Assembly: GCF_000219355.1 (NCBI RefSeq)
Contig: NC_015722.1
Location: 1-32,000 of the forward strand
DNA from: Candidatus Midichloria mitochondrii IricVA
Lineage (GTDB): Bacteria > Pseudomonadota > Alphaproteobacteria > Rickettsiales > Midichloriaceae
DNA length: 32,000 nucleotides
Direction of reading: 5' to 3'
Shown here piece by piece: positions 1 to 9,002 of the stretch (the stretch's first letter is position 1; every line of letters begins with the position of its first letter). The notes below the pieces were generated by a model, which was not told where the DNA came from, did no database searches, and was given only the letters and a program-made list of their open reading frames with translations. Both the position numbers and the translations under genes were made by a program.

Positions 1-1431
1 ATGGACTTAAATCATCTACCACACAATTTAGTACTTGATAAAGACGGGGTTAATGAAGGCATGTTTGTTTATAATGCCTTGTTGGAAAAGATTAAAGAAG
101 AATATGGTAATACAGTTTTTACCAATTGGTTTGCTCATATGGCTTTTAAATCTCTTTCGGATCAAACATTAACAATCGTTGCTCCGAGCAAGTTTGTAAG
201 AGAATGGGTTATTTTAAATTATTTTACTAAAATTTATAAGATACTAGAGCTATTTAATGGCTTAGTTAAAAGGATCGATATTATTGTAGAGACTAGCCCT
301 TCAAGTATAGAGTTGCCCGTTTTAAGCAATAGTCAAGTTAATAAAGTAGAAGCGGTTACCGAAATAGACAAGAGTGATTTTTCTTTTTCGTTTGATACCA
401 GGTTCTCTTTTGAGAACTTTGCCGTTGGTTTTAGTAATAAAATGGCATTTTCTGCAGCGCAAAATATGGCAGGTTTTAATCATAATTGGCATAGTTCGGC
501 GATTAACTATAATATCTTGTTCATACATGGGGCGGTAGGGATGGGTAAAACCCATCTCTTATATGCAATTGCAAATAGTATAAGTAAGGCTTACCCAGAA
601 AAATCAATATGTTATTTGAGCGCAGAAAAATTTATGCATCGTTATATGATGGCTGTGCGCAAAAATGAGTTAATCAACTTTAAAGAGAATTTAAGGTCTT
701 TAGATATATTATTGTTTGACGATTTACAATTCATATGCGATAAGAGCAGCACTCAAAAGGAATTTGCAAATACAATTAATGCGTTAATAGAATCTAATAA
801 AAAAATAGTTATAGCGTGTGATCGCTCCCCATATAACTTAGATTTAGATCCAAGAACTAAATCCAGGGTGGCAAGTGGGGTTATAGCTGAGATACAGGCT
901 GCTGATTTTAATTTGAGATTGAATATATTAAAGCAAAAATCTAATTTGATGCAAATTACTATTGAGGATGAAATATTAAGCTATTTAGCAACCAGTATTT
1001 CGTCTAATATAAGAGAATTAGAAGGTTCATTAAATAAATTAGTTACTTATTGTAGTTTAAACGAGATGCCAATTACTTTAGAAACTTGCAAAAATACTCT
1101 AAAAGATTGTATAAAGGCACATGAGCAGGATGTGTCTGTAGCAAAAATAATACAAGCTGTTGCTGATCTGAGCGGTGTGACGAAAGTAGAAATTTTATCT
1201 AAAAGCAGACTAGCAAAATTAGTTTACTTAAGACAAATGGTTGCATACCTTGCAAAAGAGATTACCAAAAGCAGCTTACAAGAAATTGGTAAGCAGTTGG
1301 GCGGGAAAGACCATGCTACGATTATTTATTATATAAGGCAATTTGAACAAAAAATTGAAAGAAGGCCCGCTATAAAGGATGAATTAGATAATATAAAAAA
1401 ACTAGTAAAGGGACACATAATGGCTAGGTAG
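1..1431 (+). CDS. dnaA: Chromosomal replication initiator protein DnaA
   Basis: 476-aa ORF with AAA+ Walker A 'GAVGMGKTHLL' and Walker B-like 'LLFDDLQF'. The C-terminal DNA-binding region reads '...RQMVAYLAKEITKSSLQEIGKQLGGKDHATIIYYIRQFE'. The ATG is base 1 of the window. Confidence 0.95.
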   Translation: MDLNHLPHNLVLDKDGVNEGMFVYNALLEKIKEEYGNTVFTNWFAHMAFKSLSDQTLTIVAPSKFVREWVILNYFTKIYKILELFNGLVKRIDIIVETSPSSIELPVLSNSQVNKVEAVTEIDKSDFSFSFDTRFSFENFAVGFSNKMAFSAAQNMAGFNHNWHSSAINYNILFIHGAVGMGKTHLLYAIANSISKAYPEKSICYLSAEKFMHRYMMAVRKNELINFKENLRSLDILLFDDLQFICDKSSTQKEFANTINALIESNKKIVIACDRSPYNLDLDPRTKSRVASGVIAEIQAADFNLRLNILKQKSNLMQITIEDEILSYLATSISSNIRELEGSLNKLVTYCSLNEMPITLETCKNTLKDCIKAHEQDVSVAKIIQAVADLSGVTKVEILSKSRLAKLVYLRQMVAYLAKEITKSSLQEIGKQLGGKDHATIIYYIRQFEQKIERRPAIKDELDNIKKLVKGHIMAR

Positions 1432-1465
1432 TTTTTGGATTGAGAGTGATTTATTAAGAAATTCA

Positions 1466-1906
1466 CTAGAGAGGCATTCTTAAAATTTCTTGATAGGCAC
1501 TAATGATTTTATCTCTAATTGAGACTATTTCTTGTAGGGCGACTTCTGATTCAGCAACAGCAGCCATCACTTTAACAGCATTAGCATTTCCTTCAACGGC
1601 AGAATTTATTTGATCTTCAGCCTTTCTAATTTTTCTAATTCGATCCTTGGTCAATTTCTCGAAAACATCTGGGAAGCTAAAATTATTGCTTGATGCACTA
1701 AAAGAGCTTTGTAGGCTGGATAAGTTGCTACTAGGAATATTTTTTGAAATATTAATTGTAACAGGAGCGATCTCTTCCTTATTTAAATCATTAACTTGAG
1801 TACTGAAAGCACCAGGTTTTGAACAGGTCTCAAGCGCATTCTGATAAGCTTTTCTTGCCTTTAAATAAGATTCGACTGGATTTGATATTGGTCCTATTGA
1901 CGACAT
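1466..1906 (-). CDS. fliE: Flagellar hook-basal body complex protein FliE
   Basis: 146-aa ORF starting 2 nt after flgC. The C-terminus 'ALQEIVSIRDKIISAYQEILRMPL' matches the conserved FliE C-terminal helix, and the flgB-flgC-fliE order is canonical. It is longer than the usual ~105 aa because of a Ser/Asn-rich middle. Confidence 0.8.
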   Translation of the reverse strand: MSSIGPISNPVESYLKARKAYQNALETCSKPGAFSTQVNDLNKEEIAPVTINISKNIPSSNLSSLQSSFSASSNNFSFPDVFEKLTKDRIRKIRKAEDQINSAVEGNANAVKVMAAVAESEVALQEIVSIRDKIISAYQEILRMPL

Positions 1907-1908
1907 TC

Positions 1909-2379
1909 TTACCTCATTAATTCTAGTATTTTTAATTGATTACTTTTTGTGATTTCTAAAGATGCGGCGTTTGCCTCAAAAGAGCTTTGGGCTTCTTTGG
2001 CATCAGCCATTTCTATGATTTTATTAACGTTTGGGTATTTAACGAACCCATAGGAATCAGCAGCTGGGTGCTCAGGTAGATACCGCATTTCGAATTCAGA
2101 TTGATCCTCCCTTATAGAATCAACTTTTAATAATATTGTACCCGCTTTCTCGTCGTAATCATTAGTAAAAAATATGATTTTTCTTTTATATGGATCTTCT
2201 GATGGATTTTTACCGGTAACTTCGGCATTGGCGATATTTTGCGCTACTACTTTTAATCTCTCACTCTGCGATTGCATGCCAGAAAACGCTATTCTGGAAG
2301 CAGATACTAAGGGATCTTCAGTTGCGGCGGCAAAGCTAGCAAAAATTAAATTTATTAATACAAAGGCATGCAGTATCAT
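1909..2379 (-). CDS. flgC: Flagellar basal-body rod protein FlgC
   Basis: 156 aa with the N-terminal rod motif 'SGMQSQSERLKVVAQNIANAEVTG' and the C-terminal motif 'YGFVKYPNVNKIIEMADAKEAQSSFEANA'. The ATG overlaps the flgB stop (ATGA), with GGAGGT shortly upstream (minus strand reads GGAGGTAATAAATG). Confidence 0.9.
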   Translation of the reverse strand: MILHAFVLINLIFASFAAATEDPLVSASRIAFSGMQSQSERLKVVAQNIANAEVTGKNPSEDPYKRKIIFFTNDYDEKAGTILLKVDSIREDQSEFEMRYLPEHPAADSYGFVKYPNVNKIIEMADAKEAQSSFEANAASLEITKSNQLKILELMR

Positions 2380-2798
2380 TTATTACCTCCGGATAAAGCG
2401 GTTTGAAGCATGGATTTGCTTTTGTGGAAAAGGTTTGCTAGCTCCTTAAGCTCTAAAGAGTTCTCGCTTTTCTTTGCAAGCTCAGCCTCAACTGTTACTC
2501 CATTGCCATTAGGTTTTAATTCGAGTACTTCTGCTTCTGATAAACTTATAGCGGTAGCTGATTCAAAAGGAATATGCAGGTTATTTGTTAAATCTAATGA
2601 TAATCCACTAGTATCAATAGGTTTCTCAACTTTTTTAGGTAAATAATTAGGAGTATTAGCATTAGCTATATTTTTAGAGAGCACCATATCTTTTATAGAT
2701 AAGTAATTAAGCTGCTCAGTAAGCTCTTCAAAAGTTACAGCGTGCAAAGCGTTTGCGTTTAGCAGAGTTGCTAGGAACAATATAATAAACAGCTTCAT
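2376..2798 (-). CDS. flgB: Flagellar basal-body rod protein FlgB
   Basis: 140 aa with the rod-protein signature 'LSKNIANANTPNY'. It sits immediately upstream of flgC, and the two are translationally coupled. Confidence 0.85.
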   Translation of the reverse strand: MKLFIILFLATLLNANALHAVTFEELTEQLNYLSIKDMVLSKNIANANTPNYLPKKVEKPIDTSGLSLDLTNNLHIPFESATAISLSEAEVLELKPNGNGVTVEAELAKKSENSLELKELANLFHKSKSMLQTALSGGNK

Positions 2799-2845
2799 TT
2801 ATTACAAAAATAAAAATACTCATGTAAAAATTGTGATCACAACTT

Positions 2846-3496
2846 TTAGTTTTGTCTACTATTTTTCCGATCATTCATGAAAATTTCTAAACCTTTTTTT
2901 GTAAGATCATGATTAATAAGGTTATTTAATAGATTCGGAGAGATTGTCGCAATATCTGCTCCCGATTTTGCTGATTCAATAAAATGTTCATTATTTCTCA
3001 CTGAAGCAGCTATTATTTGAGTTTTTATAGATGGATAATTAGAATAGATTTCACAGATATCTGCAATTAATTTTAACCCACTCTGTCCGATATCATCAAG
3101 TCTTCCAATGAGGGGCGAGACATAATCTGCTCCCATCCGGGCAGCTAATATGGCTTGAGAAGGAGAGAAACATAGTGTCATGTTAACGCTTATGCCTTTT
3201 GAAGAGAGTTTTTTACAAACAATTAAGCCTTCTTTAGTAAGAGGCAATTTAATCGTTATTTGTTCACCTAACTTGTGATATTCTACAGCTTCTTCGATCA
3301 TCTCTTCAATTTCTGCTGAAATAACCTCGACACTAATGGAGGTTTTGATAATTTCACAAATTGCACGCACTGCTTGGAGAACGGAGAGCCCAGAATGGGC
3401 TATAATAAAAGGGTTTGTTGTAACACCATCAACAAACCCTTTTTCGTGATATCTCTTTATTATGTCTATATCGCAAGTATCTAAAAAAATTTTCAT
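2846..3496 (-). CDS. tal: Transaldolase / fructose-6-phosphate aldolase (short TalC/Fsa-type)
   Basis: 216 aa. 'MKIFLDTCDIDIIKRY...GVTTNPFII' and 'ITIKLPLTKEGL...MTLCFSPSQAILAARMGADYVSPLIGRLDDIG' are the hallmark blocks of the short transaldolase family. Confidence 0.85.
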   Translation of the reverse strand: MKIFLDTCDIDIIKRYHEKGFVDGVTTNPFIIAHSGLSVLQAVRAICEIIKTSISVEVISAEIEEMIEEAVEYHKLGEQITIKLPLTKEGLIVCKKLSSKGISVNMTLCFSPSQAILAARMGADYVSPLIGRLDDIGQSGLKLIADICEIYSNYPSIKTQIIAASVRNNEHFIESAKSGADIATISPNLLNNLINHDLTKKGLEIFMNDRKNSRQN

Positions 3497-3738
3497 TTTG
3501 AAAATTGCTCAGTCATTTTGCCTACACCAGGCATATTGCCTGTAGAACCTTTAATATTTCCTAATATATTATCTATATTGGAATTAAAAGAATTAACAGT
3601 TGAATCAATAGTTCTAGTAATACTATTGGAGAAGCTTTGCATTACTTTGTTCACGTCGGAACCACCAAACATGCTGACTATAAATGAAAATACAAGCATC
3701 CAAAACACAAGACTTACAACGGCGCGCATAACACTCAA
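3493..3738 (-). CDS. Hypothetical small membrane protein (one N-terminal TM helix, Asn/Ser-rich tail)
   Basis: 81-aa ORF whose stop overlaps the tal start by 4 nt (3493-3496), which suggests coupling. It has a hydrophobic segment 'AVVSLVFWMLVFSFIVSMF'. I recognise no family. Confidence 0.4.
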   Translation of the reverse strand: MSVMRAVVSLVFWMLVFSFIVSMFGGSDVNKVMQSFSNSITRTIDSTVNSFNSNIDNILGNIKGSTGNMPGVGKMTEQFSK

Positions 3739-3896
3739 ATTAAAAAACTACATAAGATATGCTAACATAATTCTAGTGTAAGTAAAAATGATTAATGATA
3801 AGATTTTCTTGCGATCTATGTGATTTTATGTATATTACCTATATTTGAGTTCTACTATTGTAGATTTTATTTTATTAAAAAGGAGTTAGCTAAAGG

Positions 3897-4244
3897 ATGT
3901 CGTTTTACGAGTGCGTCTTTATTATGAGGCAAGATATGCCAGCTCAGGATGTGCATAGGGCAGTGGGTGTTTTCGTGCAGTTAATTGAGAAATTTAGAAG
4001 TGAGTTAATTAAAAAAGAGTATTGGGGGCTTCGCACTCTAGCTCATGTAATTAAGAAGAATAAAAAAGGTCATTACGTAATGTTAGGACTGAAGGCGGAA
4101 ACAGCGGCTATTAATGAATTAGAGCGGCACTTTAAAATAAGCGAAGATGTATTGCGTTATATATGTTTGAAATGTGACTCTATAGATCAGAATTCATCTC
4201 CTATGATGAGCGCACCTTCTGAGCTAAAGGCTGCCGTCCAGTAA
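3897..4244 (+). CDS. rpsF: 30S ribosomal protein S6
   Basis: 115 aa with N-terminus '[19 protein letters not shown]' and '[21 protein letters not shown]'. The rpsF-rpsR-rplI order is conserved. Confidence 0.9.
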   Translation: MSFYECVFIMRQDMPAQDVHRAVGVFVQLIEKFRSELIKKEYWGLRTLAHVIKKNKKGHYVMLGLKAETAAINELERHFKISEDVLRYICLKCDSIDQNSSPMMSAPSELKAAVQ

Positions 4245-4266
4245 ATTTACAATAAGAAAGATAATT

Positions 4267-4518
4267 ATGATTGATAACATTATTTCTAACTCGGTACTTT
4301 TTAACAAGACCACAAACAGTTTAAAAAATGATAAGTGTCCGCTTGAAGGTGTTGACATAAATTATAAAAACCCCGAATTACTGAGAAAGTTTATCTCAAA
4401 AGGGGGGCGTATACTTCCAAGGAGGTTGACGGGAGTTTGCGCTAAGAATCAACGTAAACTATGCGAAGCAGTTAAAATTGCACGAATTTTGGCTTTGTTG
4501 CCTTTTGCTCAGATTTAA
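4267..4518 (+). CDS. rpsR: 30S ribosomal protein S18
   Basis: 83 aa with the S18 core '[50 protein letters not shown]'. Confidence 0.9.
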   Translation: MIDNIISNSVLFNKTTNSLKNDKCPLEGVDINYKNPELLRKFISKGGRILPRRLTGVCAKNQRKLCEAVKIARILALLPFAQI

Positions 4519-4538
4519 TATTTTATTGGAAAAATATA

Positions 4539-5060
4539 ATGGAAGTGATCTTATTAGAAAAAATTTCTGGCCTTGGAGAAATAGGGGCAGTAGTAAAAGT
4601 AAAAGAAGGGTTTGCAAAGAACTATTTAATTCCTCGCAAAAAAGTTTTGCGGGTCACTGCGCAAAATAAGGAAGTCTTTGAGCAGCAAAAAGCATTACTT
4701 GAACAGCAAAATCTTGAAAAAAGAGCAGCTGCTGAACTTAACGCTCAATCTATCAGTAATAAGGTTGTTTCGGTCATCAGGCAAGCAGGAGAAGATGGAA
4801 GATTATATGGGTCTGTGACAGCTAGAAATATTGCTAAGGCTATTTCGGTTGCATCAGGACTTGATATCTCTGATGAAATGATTGTTATCGGTGAAAAGAT
4901 TAAAGAAATTGGATTCTATGAAATCTCAATTACCTTACATGCTGATGTTTCTTCAAACATTAAGGTAAATGTGGCTCGTAGTGAACAAGAAGCTGAGGCT
5001 GCACTAAAAGCATTAGAGGCAGAAGTTCCAGCTAACGATAAGGAAGAATTAAAGTCTTAA
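4539..5060 (+). CDS. rplI: 50S ribosomal protein L9
   Basis: 173 aa with the L9 N-domain 'MEVILLEKISGLGEIGAVVKVKEGFAKNYLIPRKK'. Confidence 0.92.
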   Translation: MEVILLEKISGLGEIGAVVKVKEGFAKNYLIPRKKVLRVTAQNKEVFEQQKALLEQQNLEKRAAAELNAQSISNKVVSVIRQAGEDGRLYGSVTARNIAKAISVASGLDISDEMIVIGEKIKEIGFYEISITLHADVSSNIKVNVARSEQEAEAALKALEAEVPANDKEELKS

Positions 5061-5076
5061 AAGAGAGAGGAGGACT

Positions 5077-5448
5077 ATGGCAAGGATTACTATAGAAGGT
5101 TGTCTCACAAAAGTAGAGGACAGATTTGCTCTCGTTGTTTTGGCGGCACAAAGAGCTAGAGATCTTGCTTTTGGTGCTACTCCTCTTGTTCCTAAAAACA
5201 ATGATAAATATGCTGTAATTGCTCTTAGGGAGATTGCAGACTCCGCCTTGGACACTAAATCTCTACAAGAAGCGATTATTAAAAGAAATCAGCGCAAGCA
5301 GTTATTACAAGTTGAAGATCAATATGAAACAGTTGATGAAGAAACTGAGTCCGCATACCAACAAGCTATGGCTAATTTTGCAGTTCCCTCTCGCAGAAAA
5401 CATTCTTCTAATGATGATGAAGATGTAGATGATGAAACAGGCGATTGA
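5077..5448 (+). CDS. rpoZ: DNA-directed RNA polymerase subunit omega
   Basis: 123 aa with the omega core 'MARITIEGCLTKVEDRFALVVLAAQRARDL' and an acidic C-terminal tail. Confidence 0.9.
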   Translation: MARITIEGCLTKVEDRFALVVLAAQRARDLAFGATPLVPKNNDKYAVIALREIADSALDTKSLQEAIIKRNQRKQLLQVEDQYETVDEETESAYQQAMANFAVPSRRKHSSNDDEDVDDETGD

Positions 5449-5494
5449 AGGACACTTTTCATATGCATGATAATTGCTTTTATATTTTTTTAAG

Positions 5495-5833
5495 CTATTC
5501 AGTCTTCGTTACTTTCATTATCTTCTTAAGCGCTTCTTTTTTTTGTAATCTTAAGAAAGCGGCCGACCTTTCAAAGTCTTTTATAAAGGAGCAAAAGAAA
5601 TTATAGTAGCTCATTTCAAGAATTTTGATTTGAATATTGGAGCGCATACCGTATAACCTGCCTGAGTGACTTATTAATATTATAAGTCCATCAACTGGCT
5701 CTTCTTGTAGGCGTAAAAGTATGCAGCCCCAAATTATTAACACCTCTCCTCGTTTCAGTTTGTTTGTATGTCTAATAAATTTCTGTCGTCTGTGAAAATA
5801 GTAGTAGAGAGCTGAAATGCTAGCATTATACAC
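5495..5833 (-). CDS. Hypothetical protein (unassigned)
   Basis: 112-aa ORF downstream of the carboxypeptidase gene on the same strand. I see no recognisable motif and no evident ribosome-binding site. Confidence 0.25.
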   Translation of the reverse strand: MYNASISALYYYFHRRQKFIRHTNKLKRGEVLIIWGCILLRLQEEPVDGLIILISHSGRLYGMRSNIQIKILEMSYYNFFCSFIKDFERSAAFLRLQKKEALKKIMKVTKTE

Positions 5834-5927
5834 CCCATTAACTCGAAAAGGTCATTACTTTAAAGATTTCGCATTTCTAATTTTAATAGGCGCTCAAGCT
5901 TATTTTAATTTGAAACTCCTGGGCTAA

Positions 5928-6959
5928 TCATCTACCCTGCCTTATTCCCTTTACTACGTAGGTCTGATTGTTCTGTAAAACACCAAATATATCCGGTTTT
6001 CTTGCAACAAATTCATTAGGCTTAGGCTTATTGGTAGCAACTACTTTGATTTGTTTTTTAGGAGCACTTTTTTTAGGCTCTTGATAATTAGTGGTGATGA
6101 TAGGTTTTTTTATTGGGGCTTTCGTGGAGATGGATCTATAAGCGGTTTCTAATAGGGACAGAGTATGATAATCTCTGCTTGCTGCAGTATTTCCTCCCAT
6201 AACGACGGCAATCAGCCTACCTTCTGGCCTCTTAGCTGTAGTTATAATGTTGAAGCCAGAATCGTTTATATAGCCAGTTTTCATGCCATCTACCCATTTA
6301 TTTTTTCTTAAAACATGGTTATGGCTTTTAATAATTTGGTTACCAAATTTAAAGGAAGTGCGAGAAAATAGGTGGTAAAATTGAGCATGATTGCGTTGCA
6401 TTGCTAAAGCTAAAATTGCCATATCATGGGCAGTGGTAACTTGTCTACGATCTGGTAAGCCACTTGCGTTACAAAAAACAGTATTTTTCATTCCGAGTAG
6501 CCTAGCTTTTGTATTCATAAGTCTAGCAAAATTTTCTTCAGAACCACTAATTGCTTCAGCGATTCCAACGGCAACGTCATTTGCAGACCTTACGATTAAG
6601 GCTAATATGGCTTCTTTTACTTTTATTTTAGTTCCTGGCCTCAGATTTAAGTTGGTTCTCGGTTGAGAAGCAGCATTCCTTGAGATTTTGATAATATGGT
6701 TCGGGTGTATTTTGCCTTTTTTTATTTCATCAAATAGTATATATATTGTCATAATCTTTGCCAAGGACGCGGGGTACCTGATCATTTTTGCGTTGTGCGA
6801 GTGTATAACCTTGCCATTATCGGAATTTACTATAAGGCTCGCGTACTTAGATGAATATATGAAGTTGTGGTGATTTATAGAAAGGGCACTAAGGGGCCTT
6901 ATTGTAAACACAGAAAGCACCAAGATCACCAACTGTAACCTTCTAAAAGATCTTACCAC
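5928..6959 (-). CDS. Serine-type D-alanyl-D-alanine carboxypeptidase (PBP5/6 class)
   Basis: 343 aa with an N-terminal signal-like segment and the three penicillin-binding motifs: SxxK ('SLAKIMT'), SxN ('SANDVAV') and KTG ('MKTGYI'). Confidence 0.85.
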   Translation of the reverse strand: MVRSFRRLQLVILVLSVFTIRPLSALSINHHNFIYSSKYASLIVNSDNGKVIHSHNAKMIRYPASLAKIMTIYILFDEIKKGKIHPNHIIKISRNAASQPRTNLNLRPGTKIKVKEAILALIVRSANDVAVGIAEAISGSEENFARLMNTKARLLGMKNTVFCNASGLPDRRQVTTAHDMAILALAMQRNHAQFYHLFSRTSFKFGNQIIKSHNHVLRKNKWVDGMKTGYINDSGFNIITTAKRPEGRLIAVVMGGNTAASRDYHTLSLLETAYRSISTKAPIKKPIITTNYQEPKKSAPKKQIKVVATNKPKPNEFVARKPDIFGVLQNNQTYVVKGIRQGR

Positions 6960-7105
6960 GGCAAAAAATAATTTTTTATAACAAACAGGATATATAAATA
7001 AGTATTAATGTAATTTGAAATTTTTTGCAACATATTGCTTTGTTATGAACTCTATAATATTGTGGCAAAATATTTTTTTGATTAATTTTAAATTAAAATT
7101 GAATT

Positions 7106-7960
7106 ATGCGGCAGTTTTTTCAAGAATTAGGGGAAATAGCTAAGGCGATTGATAGGGAAATAGATGAGCTGCTTCCAACCTCGTTCACAAAAAATGCAGA
7201 TATTTTATTTGAAGCTATAAGATATTCAGCAATTTCAGCTAGCAAAAAAATTCGAGGATTTTTGCTAGTTAAGACTGCGGATATATTTAATGTAAATCGT
7301 GAGCAATCTCTGAAGATTGCAGCAGCAATTGAGATGATTCACACCTATTCTTTAATTCATGATGATTTGCCGGCAATGGATGATGGCGACTATAGAAGAG
7401 GTAAGCCTAGCTGTCATAAGGAATTTGGAGAAGCAATGGGAATTCTAGCCGGTGATGCGTTGCTTACATATGCTTTCGAAGTAATAGCGTCTGATCAAGC
7501 TAATATAGATCCAATTTTACGTATAAAGATCATACAAGAAATCACGAGAGCCATAGGTATAAAAGGCATGATTGGCGGTCAAGTTATTGATATTACAAGC
7601 CAAAATATGAGCTCCGATGATTTAAAGGAAGTGCACAAATTGAAGACAGGGGCTTTAATAGAGGCTTCATGCGTGGCTGGAGCGATTATGGGCCATGCCT
7701 CTTCAGATGAGATGTTAGTTTTTAGAGAGTATGCAGGCAAATTGGGTCTAATTTTTCAAATGGTTGACGATCTGATTGACGAGGAAGATGATAGAGAAAA
7801 TGCTAATGCTAATCTTTTGAATTTAATGCCCATTGTTAAAATAAAAGAAGAAATAGAAGAGCTTAAGAGGGCTGCTATTCAAGGTTTGAAAAACTTGAAT
7901 AACCATAACATATTGATATTGGTTGGATTAATCAATTATATAGCAAATCAGCGCAAATAA
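7106..7960 (+). CDS. ispA: Farnesyl/geranyl diphosphate synthase (polyprenyl synthetase family)
   Basis: 284 aa with the first Asp-rich motif 'LIHDDLPAMDDGDYRRGKPSCH' and the second 'FQMVDDLID'. Confidence 0.85.
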   Translation: MRQFFQELGEIAKAIDREIDELLPTSFTKNADILFEAIRYSAISASKKIRGFLLVKTADIFNVNREQSLKIAAAIEMIHTYSLIHDDLPAMDDGDYRRGKPSCHKEFGEAMGILAGDALLTYAFEVIASDQANIDPILRIKIIQEITRAIGIKGMIGGQVIDITSQNMSSDDLKEVHKLKTGALIEASCVAGAIMGHASSDEMLVFREYAGKLGLIFQMVDDLIDEEDDRENANANLLNLMPIVKIKEEIEELKRAAIQGLKNLNNHNILILVGLINYIANQRK

Positions 7961-8027
7961 TTGGATTGTGTTGTTGACTATTAGAACGGAGGTGGCGCAG
8001 TGTCGCCGCGTAACAATAACAAAATAA

Positions 8028-9002
8028 TGGTTTGTTGTGACAAAGCATGGGCACCAAAAACCAGCTCATGGCAGGTATGGACATAACCCACAGGGCTAGC
8101 ATGATGATCATGAGCTTGAAAGCGGCGCTGAAGCCTCCAATGATGAGCAATTTTTAGAAGGGGAAGAAGCAGAAAATTTGGAAGTAGGCAACGATAATAA
8201 TGAAGGGAAGGGTAAACCAGTTGCTGTTTCTGGAGCTAGTCATCATCCTATAGGCTATGAAAATACTCGTATGGCAGTAGAACATTTTGATCAGGCAATT
8301 GAAGCAGTATATAGAACAGTAGAAGAGTTTACAGCGGTAGCCCGAGGCGGCTTGAAGCTGCAAAAAAAGCAACCTTGTTAAGTCATTTACACTCAATGAC
8401 TCCGGCTGCAGCTGGCTCAGGCGTTAGTGGTGATATAGGGTATCCACATGGAAGAAGAGGGATATATAATAGAAAAAGGCCTGTGGTTGATGACAAAGAT
8501 TTCGGTAAGTGTAATAATAATCCAGAACAAAATGCTGAGCCAGATGACCTAGTAGATGGGTAGCAAGTGGATATAACAGGGAACAATTTAATGATGAAGG
8601 ACCAAGGAGCGCTCTAGCTAACGCACAAGCTTCTCCGGCAGCGGAGGTTAGTGCGCTTACAAAGGCATTTACTATACCTTTAAATTTGTTGGGGCATGTG
8701 GGGAGGGGGAGAGGGGTTGACGGCCCTTGGTATTTTTGTGTTGGTAGGGCCCCCCTCGATAGAGCATCACATATCGCTTCATACTTGCGTAACCTGGTTG
8801 TTGAGTATGGGCAAGTGGCTGCTGGAGCATGCCAATGTAGTAGGAGCAAGTAGTGTACAGCTTCATAATCATGTTAATGAGTTAGACTGAAGCTTCGGGG
8901 GTGGCAGAAGCTGCTACTGGAGTGGGTTATGCCAGTAGCGAAGGGGGGCGCTGTTTGAACTTAGGTGAGACAGTAATTGAAGGGGCTGCTCTGCGGCAGT
9001 AG
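8028..9002 (+). pseudogene. Degraded coding remnant of unknown family, G+C-rich, read through successive -1 frame changes
   Basis: The plus strand is open piecewise. Frame 0 runs 8028-8381 with an in-frame TAG at 8097. Frame 2 runs 8369-8563. Frame 1 runs 8548-8890. Frame 0 resumes at 8886-9002. The first transition falls on the A7 run at 8362-8368. No piece has a plausible start or RBS, and both strands carry overlapping junk ORFs. Confidence 0.35.
8691..8716 (+). other. Canonical G-quadruplex-forming motif GGGGcatgtGGGGaGGGGGagaGGGG
   Basis: Four G runs of at least 4 nt (8691-8694, 8700-8703, 8705-8709, 8713-8716) separated by loops of 5, 1 and 3 nt, read directly from the sequence. Confidence 0.5.

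Noticed and set aside
1445-1467. A short imperfect hairpin (AGTGA...TCACT with a bulge) between the convergent dnaA and fliE genes, considered as a bidirectional terminator.
   Set aside because: It has only 5 + 3 bp with a bulge, no flanking T or A runs of note, and it overlaps the fliE stop codon. That is too weak to annotate.
8178-8260. The peptide 'GNDNNEGKGKPVAV' in a G+C-rich non-coding-looking region resembled the ANDN... start of alphaproteobacterial tmRNA tags, suggesting a tmRNA or other structured RNA.
   Set aside because: There is no alanine-rich ...AA-stop tag end. I could not find a tRNA-like acceptor/T-arm (GGTTCGAATCC-type) sequence. I also found no RNase P (GAAAGTCC) or SRP core motifs by eye. 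A proper covariance-model scan would still be the decisive test.
8439-8447. 8-of-9 matches to the DnaA box (GTATCCACA at 8439, and its complement TGTGGATAC at 15824-15832), noticed because dnaA opens the window.
   Set aside because: These are isolated single near-matches inside pseudogene debris, not clustered and not next to an AT-rich unwinding element. That is insufficient to call an origin.
8424-8849. A 141-aa minus-strand ORF, the longest ORF in the G+C-rich island, together with neighbouring ORFs at 7932-8150, 8154-8396, 8383-8586 and 8672-8872.
   Set aside because: They overlap one another and the plus-strand remnants, they lack starts with ribosome-binding sites, and their sequences are Cys/His/Pro/Leu-rich and not protein-like. 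Long antisense frames are expected when G+C rises.
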